Shown piece by piece: positions 1-12,837 of a stretch of 57,695 nucleotides of DNA. Source of the DNA: Thraustochytrium aureum (taxonomy: Eukaryota); contig BLSG01000095.1 of assembly GCA_012862495.1 (NCBI GenBank), forward strand, positions 27,086-84,780. The letters run 5' to 3'. Position numbers and translations under genes: made by a program. Within the stretch, counting starts at the first letter, position 1. Every line of letters starts with the position of its first letter. Below the pieces are notes generated by a model. It was not told the origin of the DNA. It did no database searches and saw only the letters and a list, made by a program, of their open reading frames with translations.

Positions 1-312
1 CTCGTGTACAATGACATCGGGAGGGTCCTGAGCGGCGAGTCGCCAGGCCACCTGCACAAGGACGCTGGATTTGTCGCTGCTGTCCTGTTCAGCGGTTGCA
101 TAGGGTTCTTTCTTAGCCTGTCCTCGTTCCAGTGCGTGCAGTCCACATCGCCAACAACGTACTCGATGGTCGGAGCCATGAACAAGATCCCGCTGGCCTT
201 CCTCGGCGTCATCATCTTCCACACGCAGCTCAACTTGCAGTCGGCAATGTTTATAATGCTTTCGCTCGTCTCAGGAATTCTCTACGCGTACGCCAAAGCA
301 ACGGGCAAGTGA
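1..312 (+). CDS. Golgi nucleotide-sugar (GDP-mannose/GDP-fucose, VRG4/GONST-like) transporter, 3' part; 5' end outside the window
   Basis: Hydrophobic helices with the motif TSPTTYSMVGAMNKIPL, typical of the GALNK-containing GDP-sugar transporters; ends ILYAYAK..., stop at 310-312. Confidence 0.8.
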   Translation, partial: LVYNDIGRVLSGESPGHLHKDAGFVAAVLFSGCIGFFLSLSSFQCVQSTSPTTYSMVGAMNKIPLAFLGVIIFHTQLNLQSAMFIMLSLVSGILYAYAKATGK

Positions 313-855
313 CGCTCAAGCCTCACGAATCACGATCCAGTTTTTTGCTTGCCACGCACGCACCCCGCGTGGCCGCTCGGCCACAATTGTATCTTCCCTG
401 CCTGCTCTTCGCCAAAACACAACAAACGCCCAGCTTGAACGCAATGCACCGTTCCTACGACTCTACCTACCGGTACCCACTTACTCTACTCCCGAGTCTG
501 CACATGACTCTGCGCATGAAGGCTGACACAGCGCCGTGTCGTGCCATGCATGCTCGCCGTCTGCCTCAGTCCGACGCCATGGAAAGATAGGACAGTCTCG
601 ATGTGGAAGCCGCGCGAGATGCGTCAACGCTGCCCTTTGTCACCTCTCTGAACCGTGAGTCCGCTGCTGCACGACAGGCTGCGAAACGCTGCGGCGGCAG
701 CAGTCCCCAAGGCTAGGCCGGCGCGTGGCGTGGCTCTCTTGCGCTCCAGACGTTGCAAGCGAGCTTTGGCGGTCGCGAGGACGTGACGAATAGCCAGGCG
801 GCCCCTCCCACGGGCCTTGCCAAGCGCTCCGGTTGGGGATTCTCCATAGACCAAG

Positions 856-2436
856 ATGGCCAAGGCTGCCAACACGTTTGAGCCGTTCGGCTCCACCGTC
901 CCCTATGCAGAACCGGGGTGGTACCAGGGCCAGGCATCCCCATACTACACCAAGTCTCACGTCGCATTTCGTGCCCGAGTGCGCAAGTTTGTGGACGAAG
1001 AGCTCATCCCCAACGTGGACAAATGGGAAGAGGACTACGTGCGCAACGGTAGCGAGGTCGACGCCAAGGCCCTGGCAAAGAAGGCAGTAGCCGCAGGAGT
1101 CTTTGCGCCTCAGATGCCCGCCGAGCTCGGCGGGACGCCTCTTCCGGACGGCGTCGCGTTTGACCACTTCCATGACCTGATTTGGATCGACGAGCTTTCG
1201 CGCGTGGGTGCATCCGGGCTCATCGCGGGCATCACGATCTGGTACGTTTTGCTGGCTCTCGGCTCGGCTCCGAACCGCGACCTAGCCGCCGCGCTCGAAC
1301 GAGCGCAGGTTCGTTGCTCTTGTGCGATTCATTCTTTCCTTTTCAGCGCGCGCGACTGACGTTCCTGGCCTAACGCGCTCGCAGGACCATGGCGCTTCCG
1401 CCCAATTCCTGAACCTTTGGCTCNNNNNNNNNNNNNNNNNNNNNNNNNNNNNNNNNNNNNNNNNNNNNNNNNNNNNNNNNNNNNNNNNNNNNNNNNNNNN
1501 NNNNNNNNNNNNNNNNNNNNNNNNNNNNNNNNNNNNNNNNNNNNNNNNNNNNNNNNNNNNNNNNNNNNNNNNNNNNNNNTTCTGAACTTTGGCTCGGACT
1601 ACATCAAGGACCTGGTGGTCAAGCCAGTGCTGGCCGGGGAAAAGTGCATCTCCCTCGCGATTAGCGAGCCGTACGCCGGGAGCGACGTGGCCAACCTGCG
1701 GGCTACCGCCGTGCGCGACGGAGACCACTACGTTCTCAACGCGACGAAGAAGTGGATTACCTGGGCCATCCATGCCGACTACTTTACCGTTGCTGCGCGG
1801 ACTGGTGGACCGGGGGCCAAGGGCGTCTCGCTATTTCTCGTCGACGCCAAGTCGGAAGGTGTGTCTGTGCGCCGCATGGCGCTCCAGGGCAACTGGCTCG
1901 GCGGGACTGGGATGGTTACCTTTGAGGATGTTCGCGTTCCTGCTCGCAACCTCATCGGAGTGGAAAACGAGGGCTTCAAGCCCCTCATGGTCAACTTTAA
2001 CCATGAGCGCTTTATCATCGCTTCGCAGGCCGTGCGTCAAGCCCGCCTCTGCATTGAGGACGCCATTACCTTTGCGAGCACTCGAGTCACATTTGGCAAA
2101 AAGCTCATTCAGCATGACATCATCCGCGAGAAGATCGCCAACATGATGCGCCTCGTCGACGCGGCGTGGCTCATGGGCGAAAACCTCGCCTTCCAGATGG
2201 ACTCGGGCGTAGGGCCTGCTGTGGGCGGTCCGATGGCGCTTTACAAGGTCATGGGCGCCGAGTGCTTTGAGCTCTGCGCCAGGGAGGCCTCGCAAATCCT
2301 TGGTGGTTCTTCGTACACGCGCGAGGGCAAGGGCCAGCGCGTTGAGCGTCTCTATCGCGAGGTCCGTTCGTATGCGATTCCAGGCGGCAGCCTCGAGATC
2401 CTCAACCTCTTCGCCGTCAAGGCGGCCCGCCTCTAG
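856..2436 (+). CDS. Acyl-CoA dehydrogenase, 2 exons (856-1241, 1385-2436), interrupted by an N-gap
   Basis: ACAD motifs LAISEPYAGSDVA, LNATKKWIT, FNHERF and RVERLYREVRSYAIPGGSLEI. The N-terminus PYAEPGWYQGQASPYY is typical of fungal/protist ACADs. Splicing 1242-1384 gives ITIW-TMALPP. Confidence 0.92.
1242..1384 (+). other. Spliceosomal intron in the ACAD gene
   Basis: GTACGT donor, CTGAC/CTAAC branch-like motifs, GCAG acceptor; removal restores the frame (TG+G=Trp). Confidence 0.8.
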
Positions 2437-2629
2437 CTCTAGCTAGCAGAGAGCCACAACTACCTTTTCCCCAAAATGCAACCTTTTCCGCAGCAGCGCG
2501 TTCCAGTTCAGGCCTTGCCGGACGACGGCTGGCGTGTCACCAGCTTGGCACCAGCGCAACTGGGCGTCGACGTCGCGCGTCGCTGGCGCAACGCCGCCCA
2601 AGGCAGCATCACGACTGTATTTAGCTAAA

Positions 2630-5600
2630 ATGTCCGTTCAGGGCGGACAGCCGCAAGTGCCAAAACGCGGCAGAACGCTAGCTCGCGCGCTCGTGCAAGG
2701 TGCGCGGGCGAATCGCCGGCAGGGCGTGCGCAGGCCGAGAGCTGGGCGTGAGAAGACCCGCACCCTCGCGCTCCTGCACGCTCGCTCGCGCAAAGGGGCG
2801 ACGCCGCCGAAGCGTGACGCTTGTCTGCAGAGATGATGCGGCGAAAGGAAGACTTTGAGGCCAAGTACCGGCCGGCCAAGGTGACGATCAAGCAGCAGCG
2901 CAGCGTGGTGATCATCCAGCGCGTGCTGCGGCGGGCCTTTGTGCGCGCGCATGTTATCCCAAAGGTGCGCTACTTGAGGTACCTCCGCGAAATCCTCGGC
3001 TTGGAGGAGATCTTTGGGTACCTGTGCAAGCTGCAGTGCGACCTGGAGGCAAGCAAGCGCCAAGGATTTCAGCTGTTCGGCCACAAGCCAGAGAAGAATA
3101 TTTTCGGTGTGCTCATAGAGGAGCTCAACTGCGAAGTTAACCGAACCAGCGAGGCCTTTGTGTTCGCATCTCAGCCAGACGGCCTGAGGCTTGGCTATTT
3201 CCTAAACTTCTGCAGGGACTGCAGACTGTTCTCGAACACGGTCACCATCAAGACAGCTGTAAACCTCTTCATCAAGCACGCAGAGCGCTTTACTACAGAG
3301 CCTCTTCAACCTGCCGCGCAAAGGCCCGGTGATGCAGGCGAGGCACAGGAACGCACAGCTCCCGCAGCGTCAGGTTTGTCCGGCACAGGTGACGACAGCG
3401 AGCCAACGCTGGCCGCCAAAGTCCCTCTGCGCTCGCTACAGCATCAGTGGATGTGCCTCGAAGGGTTCACGTCAGCGCTCGAAGAGCTATGCAAACTGCA
3501 CGAGTTCGCTTCGTTCGACGAGTTCATGAGTCGCCACGTTCGCCCTGTGATGGCCGACATCAAGTTCACCGGAGCATTCGGAGCCTCCTCGCGTATGGGG
3601 CAGGCCTTCCTCTTCCCAAAGACCGTGGAGCTTCTCGTCAAACATGAAAGCGTCTTCAAGCCGCTGTACGTCTACTATGCCACACAGGAAATGCTGCGGC
3701 TCGCACACCAGCGGATCACCTGGGAAGAGATCTCTGGAAGGGGAAAGCGCGAGGGCTTGCCCTACGCTGCGTTCGTGCAGCTCCTCAAAGATTTCAACCT
3801 CGCGCCGGCGCTCATCGGGTTCTCTGCGTATTCAACGCTCTTCATCGAGGCAAGGCAAGGCCATCGGGCGGACCTCCCTTGTCCAGAGTGCCAGTATTTC
3901 CGCGTTGGCAGCTTCAACGGCAACCAGTGCAGAATCTGCTTGATTCCGCGCAAGCAACGTGACTTTGAGAGCTTGAATGGGCTCCGCAGCGCGTTTTGGC
4001 AAACCTGCGCCAAGCCGAATCAAGTGGCCCCTGAACACGTCGAGCTATTTGCGGCCGACTCTGACTCTGAGCAAGACGAGTCGCTGCGCGAGCATTCCGA
4101 CTCGAGCGACGAAGGCAATATCAGCGAGCTCGACACCGACGACGAGCAAGAGCCAGCAGCTAAAACCTCGCCTGCATCCGGAGAGGAGGTGGCCTCCTCC
4201 GACTCCGAGACCGCGGCGAGCGAAAACGTTGCTGGGCCAAGAACACGCAAGCGTCGCGGCTCCTTACAACCAAAAATCGCTTCTCAGACCGGGGGTGAGC
4301 CGGAGACCCCCATGCTCTTCGCCCCTTTGTGGGGCAAGGCGACAACCTCGGCCAACGGCAAGAACGGCAAGAACTCATCTGCTCCGGATTCACCTCCTGT
4401 AGAAGCAGACGACAACCAGGGCAATCGAAGCGACGATGCGGCCGAGCTCGAGCCCTTGTCTACAACTGAGCGCGCGCGCCGAATGTCCGCAGACATTGCT
4501 GCTGCGGCTCGTGCAGCGGTCGAAAAGGATGCCAGGGATGAAGCCGAGGCAAACGTGGCGACCGAGCGAAAGCAAGATGATACTGAAGAGGCGACCCGAC
4601 GCACGAGCCTCGGTCTCGGGGTCAAACACTCGCCCCGCAAGCAGCGGCGCAAGCTGAGCTTTATTGAGCTTGACAGAAGGATGCAAAAGGCGGGCGGCGA
4701 GGTAGCTACACTGAACTGCAGCGAGGCCTCGAGCCAGATCGAGAGGATGCTGCGCCTCTTGTACGCGGGCGACCCGAGCGAGACGCGACGCATTCAGCAC
4801 ACCGCCATCCGCTTGAGGAGCATGCTTGGTGGAAGCTCGCGAGTCGCGGACTTTGCGGCGGTGGACAGTCACCTGCGCAGGGTTGAGCAGCAGAACAAAG
4901 TCCTCGACTCGTATCGCCTCACACTTCCCGAGTTTATGCTGGCCATCGTCGGCGTCGCTCGGGTCATCTTGGACCCGGGGGCACGCAAGGAGATTGCCGT
5001 CGTGTACGAAGCCGAGGACGCAGACGAACTCTGCTCGGCACCGGGAAAGCTAGAGAACATTCTGCTGGTCCTGAACCAGCGCTACCGGGAGATGTTTGGG
5101 ATCGACTTTATCCAGAAAGAAAGCAAAGCCAAGATCAAGGAGGACGCAGGTCTCAAGGCCGTCCAGCAGGAGCTGAGCCAGCTTCTCAAAGCGATATTCT
5201 TTCAGTACGCTCAGCTGGACTCGCCCCTGGACCTGGACAAAATCAGCCTCGAGACCCTCCACCTCTTCGCGCACGAGTGCACTTGCTTCAAGACTTTGAC
5301 ATGGGACCACGTGCGCAACGCGGCTCTGGCGGCTGTAAGGAAAACGACGCGCCGACTCGACGGCGATGACGAGGCGGCTGCGCAGCAGGCCTCTGAAATG
5401 CACCTCGTAAACCAGCAGCAGGCCGCGCTGATCAACAGGCTAAACGAGCAGATTTCGGGGCCCGGCGACGCGACCGCCATACGGACGGTCCAGTCGCCGT
5501 CCAGCAAGCCGTCCCTCCTAAAGCAGCTCGAGGCAGACAGCGGCGACCCTGCGCTCGAACTCAAAGACCCGGAGAGCGGCCTCGACCACGACGACTTTGT

Positions 5601-8600
5601 GCAGGCGTTTGAGCTCCTGCTGTTCGAGCAGGCCTGTATTGAGCATGGAGCAAACCCGACGGGGGACCACCGATGGTACAAAGACGGGTCCCACTCGTCG
5701 CTCGGAATCTCGCCCGAGGGTCGCATCAAGCGCAAGGCCGTGGAGAAACTGGCGCTTATCTACGCCGTCTACAAGCCCGCGTCGCGCGACCTCGCGGGGG
5801 GCGCCTCCCATTTCCGGCCCAAGCTGCACCTTTCGTGCCAGCTCAACTCGCTCAACCCGGGCCGACGAAACGGATTTTTGCAAAAGCGCCTGTCCAGCGC
5901 GGCGCCAAACCCAGTCAAGGTCAACCTCGGGACGCTGCGCGAACAGGCGAGTCCAGATGCGCTGCTCGAAAACAAAAAGTTCAAGACCGCAACGAAAAAG
6001 GTCGGCGAGGCCCTCGAGTCCAAGACGGTCTACGGCGCCCTCTTGACCGCGCTAAAGTCCGAGCGTGCCGAGCCCGGCTCGTCGCAACGCCAGGATCCAA
6101 ATGAGCGGCTGCTCGCGGACCTAGAAGGGAACGGGGAGGAGGAGCCCACGACCAAGGGCCGGAGAGGCTCGCTCTTCGGGGACCGACCCCCCATCGGTGA
6201 CCGCCGGTGGAACAAGCAAAGCTTGGNNNNNNNNNNNNNNNNNNNNNNNNNNNNNNNNNNNNNNNNNNNNNNNNNNNNNNNNNNNNNNNNNNNNNNNNNN
6301 NNNNNNNNNNNNNNNNNNNNNNNNNNNNNNNNNNNNNNNNNNNNNNNNNNNNNNNNNNNNNNNNNNNNNNNNNNNNNNNCAAGCCGCCCACTTCAGCGCG
6401 GTTTGCGTCAAAGCTGCAGTCGCCCCGCGCGAGGTCGTTCCGGCGCCGCAAGGACGCAGCGAGCCGTCCGCAAAAGGAGGAAGGCGCCGCGGCAAACCAG
6501 GATGAGTTCTTCTTCACGTTCACCACCCTGGTCGCTTCTGACTCTGAGGAATCCGACGCGTTGAGTGACTCTGACTTTGGCGAGCCAAACGACGAGTCGG
6601 ACCTGCTGACGCGCAAGTTTTCTCGTCGCAGAACGACCCGATCCAGGCTCGACGCGGCGCGGAACGCTCGCGCGAAATCAAACCTCGAGTTCGACGACAG
6701 GGGGCGCGTGATGTTCGACAAGATAGACGCCTCCCGTATAGTGGCGACCCTGAGCGTCGCGATCGAAGAAAGCGAGGGCGCCGCGCGGCACTTGAAGCGA
6801 TTCGGTCAAGAGCGCCGCCGCCAGGTGCATGCGACCGGCAAAAGCGGGTTGGAAGTTGCTCTCGAGGTCGCCGGCGCAGGTGATGTTGATAGCAAGCGCA
6901 AGGCCAGCCGGGGAGTGGCACAACAAGCGTCGGCCCCTCAGGCCAGGCTCTTCGGTCAGCGCCACAGCATCGCGCAGCGGGAACGCGATGCGGCCAAGGA
7001 GGCGGCGACAGACGGCGAAGACGACTTCTCCAACGAGCGCTCGCTGATCAGCCTTTGGGAAGGGGGCGGGCTGAATAGGCTGGTCACAAGAACCCTCCCG
7101 TCCTCCCCTTCGAAGCAGGCGGAAGGCGGAGCCGCGCTCCTCGGCTTTGGTGAAGTGTACCCTGAAAACAAGGCCGCAGTGCGGCTGGCGCAGCGCCAGA
7201 TCGACCACGTGCGTCGGCAGCGCCAGGTGATGAGCGGCCGATTCAAGAGGCTCGTCAGCCTGATCCAGAAAGAGTCGGGGCCCGCGACACGATCGCAGCT
7301 GTATGCAGAGAGGATAGCGAACGGCGATTGCGAAGTCCCCAGGGGCAGCCTCGCGGATTTTGGCGCTGCGGGGAAGGCGCGTGCTGCTTGTGCTCCTGAA
7401 GAGCCGAGTGTCGTCGGTGACGCAAAACGACGAGAGGACGACGGGGACGTCGAAAGCGAGCCCGGCGCCCTGGGCTTTGCGGGCAAGCTCCGCAAGAATA
7501 ACAACACCAAACTGCAGTCGCTCTTCAGGATGGCAGACATCCTGCGGCTGGAAGCCCGCCCACCTGAAGCATCCTCTGTTCCCGAGAGCGAGGAAGGCGC
7601 GCCGCGCGAAGCCAGCGCAGATGAGGAGCGTATAGCCGCTGACCTCGCGGGCAAGGTTGCGTCGCGGCGCAAGACGCGACGAACGGTTCGCAACAGCCTG
7701 CGCCCTTCGCCGCCAAACCAAGCGCACCCGGGCGCAGCGAAGAAGGCCTACGGGCGCAGGCGGCCATCAGAGCCACGAGAGCAGACGCAGGACGGCCCTG
7801 AGCGCCCCATGGTGGAGACCCGGGACAAAATCGCTGCGTTCTTGCGCTCCTTTGAAGAGGGCAGGGCTGCAGGCGACATTGAGGCCTTGCGGCGCACGCT
7901 CGCTCTGGCGCGCGAAATTGGGGAGGAGGCCCTCGTCGTTGCTGCGCTTGGCGGCCTGGCCGCAGAGCTGCAGCGCCGCAGCGAGAACGCAGAAGCCATC
8001 CCGGTGCTCCGCGAGCAGCTCGAACGCTGCACAGACCTCGGGAACAAAGCTGCCCAGTGCGCCGTGTTGGGAGAACTCGCCGTGGCTTTATTTGCCACAG
8101 GAAACCTGCAAGGGGCCGAGTACGCTCACAGAGACCGGCTCGAGGTCGCCACCGATCTTGCTCTGCAGGCAGAGAAGAAGCTCCGCGAGGCAGAGGCGGC
8201 TGAGGCCGAACTGCAGGCAGAGCGTGGCGGCGCGCACGAGTGCGGGCCAGAGACTGACGAAAAGGCTGCGCGGCGAGCCCCCGTGCTGGCCAAGGCGACT
8301 CTCAAGCCCGCCCAGGTAGCCGTTCGCGCGGGCGTTGGGCGCGCCCTCGCTGGGCTAGGTAAACACGATGCGGGCGCAAGGACAACTCGACAGCGCCATC
8401 CAGGTTTACGCAGAGCACCTCACCTTTGCGCGGGCGGTGGGCGACGCAGAGGAGCTTGCGTGCGCGCTGTCAAACGCGCCAGCGCCTTGCTTGAGGCGCG
8501 CCGGTTCGGCGAGGCGCTCGAGCAGCTTACCGAGGAGCTCGAGGGGTACCTTGCGCCGTCTGGGGCGCCCTGGCGGCAGGCGGTTCGCCGGGAGCGCGTG

Positions 8601-9053
8601 TTTGGCTCGATGCGGCGCATTGCCGCCGTGCAGGCGGCGATGGAGGACCAAGATGGCCTCGCGTCAACGTTAGAAAAGTGGGCTGCGCTTGCGCGGGACC
8701 TCGGCGACGCGCGCCAGGAGGCCCAGGCGCTCGACCGCATTTTCGAGTCGCGCATCGCAAGCTCGCCGCACGTGGCTCAGACTGCCGAGATCGCTCAGTT
8801 CGTGGACCGCGTCCTGCTCTTCGAGCCCAACCGGGAGCGCACGGTGCTCGCAGCGGACCGCCTCAAGCAGATCGCCAGCATATGCGAGGCGCAGCCGAGC
8901 GCTGTCCCGTCGGGCCTCCTCGAGCTGGTCCACCTCATCCACCTGTGCCACCGCCGCGCCTCGCTGCACGCCGCCGCAGGCAACGCGCCGGGCCGCGCAT
9001 CAGCCCACCGCGCGCTCTCCGACCTCACAGGCCTCCTGCACCCTCGCGCGCAG
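2630..9053 (+). CDS. Very large (~2000 aa) hypothetical protein with an IQ-like motif, p25alpha/EF-hand-like helical units, acidic low-complexity linkers and C-terminal TPR-like repeats; 3' end lost in a gap
   Basis: Long ORFs 2821-6226 and 6380-9053 lie on either side of a gap. Probable ATG is at 2630 with a 1-nt shift near 2820. Compensating shifts at ~8361 and ~8475 restore the TPR-like GLGNTMRAQGQLDSAIQVYAEHL...ALSNRASALL. Other motifs: IIQRVLRRAFVR, FLNFCRDCRLF...FTSALEEL, CPEC...CRIC. Confidence 0.65.
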
Positions 9054-9713
9054 NNNNNNNNNNNNNNNNNNNNNNNNNNNNNNNNNNNNNNNNNNNNNNN
9101 NNNNNNNNNNNNNNNNNNNNNNNNNNNNNNNNNNNNNNNNNNNNNNNNNNNNNNNNNNNNNNNNNNNNNNNNNNNNNNNNNNNNNNNNNNNNNNNNNNNN
9201 NNNNNNNNNNNNNNNNNNNNNNNNNNNNNNNNNNNNNNNNNNNNNNNNNNNNNNNNNNNNNNNNNNNNNNNNNNNNNNNNNNNNNNNNNNNNNNNNNNNN
9301 NNNNNNNNNNNNNNNNNNNNNNNNNNNNNNNNNNNNNNNNNNNNNNNNNNNNNNNNNNNNNNNNNNNNNNNNNNNNNNNNNNNNNNNNNNNNNNNNNNNN
9401 NNNNNNNNNNNNNNNNNNNNNNNNNNNNNNNNNNNNNNNNNNNNNNNNNNNNATCCCCTCGCGTTCCATCCCCCATCCAGTCCATCAATCATCCCGCTCC
9501 ACGCCGGCCATCCCGTCCCGCTCCAGCCCGATCCCGCCAGGCGACCGCGCGGGCGAGCGAGCGCGGGGCACAGCAGAGCCCCAACGCGCAGGCGCGCGGC
9601 GTACCGAGCGGGCGAGCAGGCGTGCGGGCATCCATCCGTCCATCCAGGCATCGAGGCGTCGAGGCGTCGAGGCGTCGAGGAAGGGATTGGTTGGGGCAGG
9701 CGCGCGGGCGGGG

Positions 9714-11722
9714 ATGGCGGCGCCGGCGGCGGAGCAGATCGGCAACCTGCAGAGGCAGGTGCGGGAGCTGGCGGAGGATGAGGTGTTCGAGTCGGCGGAG
9801 CTGCTCGGCAGCTTCTTGGTGAGCTTGTCGGCCAAGGTCGCGCACGAGACGCCGCCCGTTGGCGAAGGGTCGGTACGTTTGCTGGCTGGCGGCGCAGCGG
9901 AGGACGGCTGGCGGCACGGCGGTGGATTGTTGGTGGCGCAGCGGAGGACGGCTGGCGGCACGGCGGAGGTAGCTGACGCGGCGCCGCCGTGGGACCGGGC
10001 GTGCAGCATATCGAGTCGCTTGTTGTGTTTGCGGACGCGCTCAAGGCGAAGGGCGAGACGAAACGCGCGATGGAGTTTTACAAACAGGCGCTCAGCCAGC
10101 GCAAGAATATTCGGCCTGGGAGCGCCAGCGTCGTGCAGGGTGAGTATGCGCCCGCCCGCACGCCTCACGGGACACACGCGCAAGCTTGCACAAGGAACTG
10201 ACTGAACGCCGCTCGCAGTGAGCAAGCGCAGCGCGGCGCGCGGGCTCTTCGCCGAGTCTCCCGCGGGAAGCAGCAAAGACGAAGGCGAAGGCGAAGACCC
10301 CGGGGACGTGGCGACAGACGCCCCGCCGCGGGGGCGCCGAGGGGGCGCGGAAACCGACATCGGCGTGCTCGAAGCGCAGATTCGGTTCAAAATCGCACGC
10401 TGTCTGATCAAACTCAAGCTCAAGCAAGGCGCCCTGCGCTCCCTCGAGTCGATCAACACGCGGTACCGCACGCCAACGATGCTGCTGACGATGGCGTCGC
10501 TCTACTCGGAGCTGAGCATGGACAGGCCGACGGTGAACGCCTATCGGGAGGCCTTGCGTGGCGCGCCTTACGCGCTCGGAGCCACGCGGGCACTCCTGCG
10601 CATGGGCGTGCACGCCAACGACGTGATGCAAATCGTGGAGGACCGCGTCGCCGCGGAGGACGCCCCCTGGATGTTCAACTTTATTGAGGCGCACGGGCAA
10701 CTGAGCCTAAGCCAGCACGCCGCAGCGCTGCAGTCGTTTGCGAAGTTGAACAGGATTCTGCCGCAGCAAGTGCACGTGCTGACCTGCATGGGGGAGCTCC
10801 AGCTAGAGCTGAACGACCACAACGCAGCGATCGTCCTGTTCCAGAAGGCGCGCGCCGCCGACTCGAAAAACGTCGCTGGCATGGACACGTACGCAGCGCT
10901 CATCCGGCAGCAGCAGGACAAGGCGAGGCTCAACAGCTTGACGCGCGAGCTGATGGAGATCGACGACACGCGGCCAGAGCCGTGGGTGGCCGTGGGCTTG
11001 TTTGCGACCTCAAGGGCGACTCGATGGCGGCCCTCCAGTTTGTCTGCAAGGCACTGGAGCTTGACCCGCAGCACGTCCCGGCATATCACTTCAAGGGCGC
11101 GCTGCAGCTTCGCATGAACCAGCCCGAGCTGAGCGTGTCGGCAATGTACAAGGCCTACTCGCTGCGGCGCGACTTTAGCGCGTACAAGGGGCTGGTGAAC
11201 GCGTACTTGGCGATCCCAAAGGTGAGCGAGGCGCTGCGGACGGCCAAGGAGGCCCTGCAGCTCATGCCCAAGGACGCTCGCGCTGTGCTGCTGGTAGGGC
11301 GCGTGCTGGCGCATACGCCAGGCGACGGCAGGAAGAAGGCCACCAAGGCCTACGCCAAGGCGCTCAAGCTTGACCCTCTCTGCCACGAGGCCGCGCTGGC
11401 CTTTGCGGACCTGTACTTGATCCAGCACCAGAGCAGCCCGAACTGCGACCTGCAACCGGCGATCCAGATTCTCACGCAAACGCTGCAGCACCAGAGCAAA
11501 GACCTCTTGCACGTCAAGCTTGGCGACCTGTACACCGCCGCTGCTGATTATGGTGCGGCGCTCACGCAGTACCACAACGCGCTTTCGATAAACTCTGCGT
11601 GCGATATGGCAAAGCTCGGCATTGAGCGCCTCGAGAAGCTGATGCGCGGCGTGGACCCGGATATGGAGGACGAGGGCGAGTACGACCTCGAGAACGAGGA
11701 GTATGCCGAGCAGGACATGTGA
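9714..11722 (+). CDS. APC7: Anaphase-promoting complex subunit 7 (TPR); exons 9714-9872, 10007-10139, 10219-11722, with a 1-nt frameshift near 11001
   Basis: N-terminal FESAELLGSFL, then RYRTPTMLLTMASLY, GMDTYAALI, PEPWVAV, and C-terminal GIERLEKLMRGVDPD...EDE, as in plant/protist APC7. Both introns splice in frame. Confidence 0.88.
9873..10006 (+). other. APC7 intron 1, containing a 32-nt direct repeat (9891-9922, 9935-9966)
   Basis: GTACGT donor, GCTGAC branch, TGCAG acceptor, phase-0 in-frame join; ggcgcagcggaggacggctggcggcacggcgg occurs twice. Confidence 0.75.
10140..10218 (+). other. APC7 intron 2
   Basis: GTGAGT donor, ACTGAC branch, CGCAG acceptor; G+TG join gives Val in frame with ORF 10218. 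Confidence 0.8.
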
Positions 11723-12000
11723 TAGCGTTGCACAGGAGCATGCTGGCGCTGGTCGGGCTTGGTCGGGCAGGGCCCAGCGCCCTGAGCGTTGTGCGCGAGC
11801 GAGCATTTCGGCGCTGAACGTTTGGGAGGAAAGCGGGCTAGGCCGCTCGTCTGTTAAGGGTGGAGCCTGCTGCTGCAGGGCGAGTTGGCTGCTCGGCTGG
11901 TTTAACGCGGCCGGCATCCAGGTGCTGCGCGCGAGCGAAAACTCTCACAAGCGAGAGGCAAAAAATCAAGTTGATTGTATCACTAGCTAGCTAGCTGCTG

Positions 12001-12648
12001 CTATTCCGCGCTCCACTCTGCCGCCCGCGCGCCACGCGCCAGACTGTCGTCCTGGTTGCCGCCCACGCCGCTACCGTGCAAGTCTGTCACGAAGAAGCTG
12101 CTCGATCCAGCAGTCGCGCTCGAGTCCTCGTGCAAGGATGGACCGTTCTTCGCGCCTCCCTTTTTGGGATGCTTCTTGCCGCCACCGCGCTTCTTGCGCG
12201 CCTTGTCTGGGAGACTCGGCATCGACAGCGCGCTTCTGCTGGCGGCAAGGATGTGCTGCCGGATCATCCTGTCCTCCTTTATTTTGCTGAGGCGCTCCTG
12301 GCGCTTTACCTTTTCAAGGGTTTCGTATCGCTTTTGCTGCACGCGGTGGCGAAACTCCTCCTCTTCCTTGCGGCGCCAAAACTCTTGCCGCTCGGCTGCC
12401 TTGAACTCTTGCTCGATAATATGCAGCTTGGACTTGTTCTTCTCGAGGTTGATCACGCGCCCGTTCCCGTCGATCAAGCCGTTGGTGTACAAGTGCTGCT
12501 GCACGTGCTTGTGTTCGAAATAGTGCCGCAGGTTGTAGTCGTGCAGCGGGTTGTAGTTGGGAAGCCTTTCCTTGTGGCATCGCAGGTCAAACTCGGGCTT
12601 GGCGCCGCTGGATCCCGCGGCGCCCTTTTTCGCCCCCGCGCCGCGCAT
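12001..12648 (-). CDS. Protein with an ERICH3/FSIP2 N-terminal-type motif plus coiled coil; probably cilium-associated
   Basis: YNPLHDYNLRHYFEHKHVQQHLYTNGLIDGNGRVI matches the YNxLxDxxLxxYF...HLxxxGLIxxxGRI motif remembered from ERICH3 and FSIP2; clean 215-aa ORF. Confidence 0.7.
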   Translation of the reverse strand: MRGAGAKKGAAGSSGAKPEFDLRCHKERLPNYNPLHDYNLRHYFEHKHVQQHLYTNGLIDGNGRVINLEKNKSKLHIIEQEFKAAERQEFWRRKEEEEFRHRVQQKRYETLEKVKRQERLSKIKEDRMIRQHILAASRSALSMPSLPDKARKKRGGGKKHPKKGGAKNGPSLHEDSSATAGSSSFFVTDLHGSGVGGNQDDSLARGARAAEWSAE

Positions 12649-12756
12649 CTTTGCTTGCCCGCCTCTCTATTCGCAAGCGCGCCGACAACGCACGCGCTGC
12701 TCCGCCGCGTCTCTCGCGCTTCGGCCCGGCGAGCGCTGCTCCACCAGCGTGCCGAC

Positions 12757-12837
12757 CACGCACGCAGGCACGCACGCAGGCACGCAGTAAGGCACGCAGT
12801 CAGGCCCGCACGCACGCACGCACGCACGCACGTACGC
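12757..12837. repeat. 12-bp tandem repeat (cacgcacgcagg-like, x4) followed by a (GCAC)n microsatellite
   Basis: Read directly; lies upstream of the minus-strand gene starting at 12648. Confidence 0.9.
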
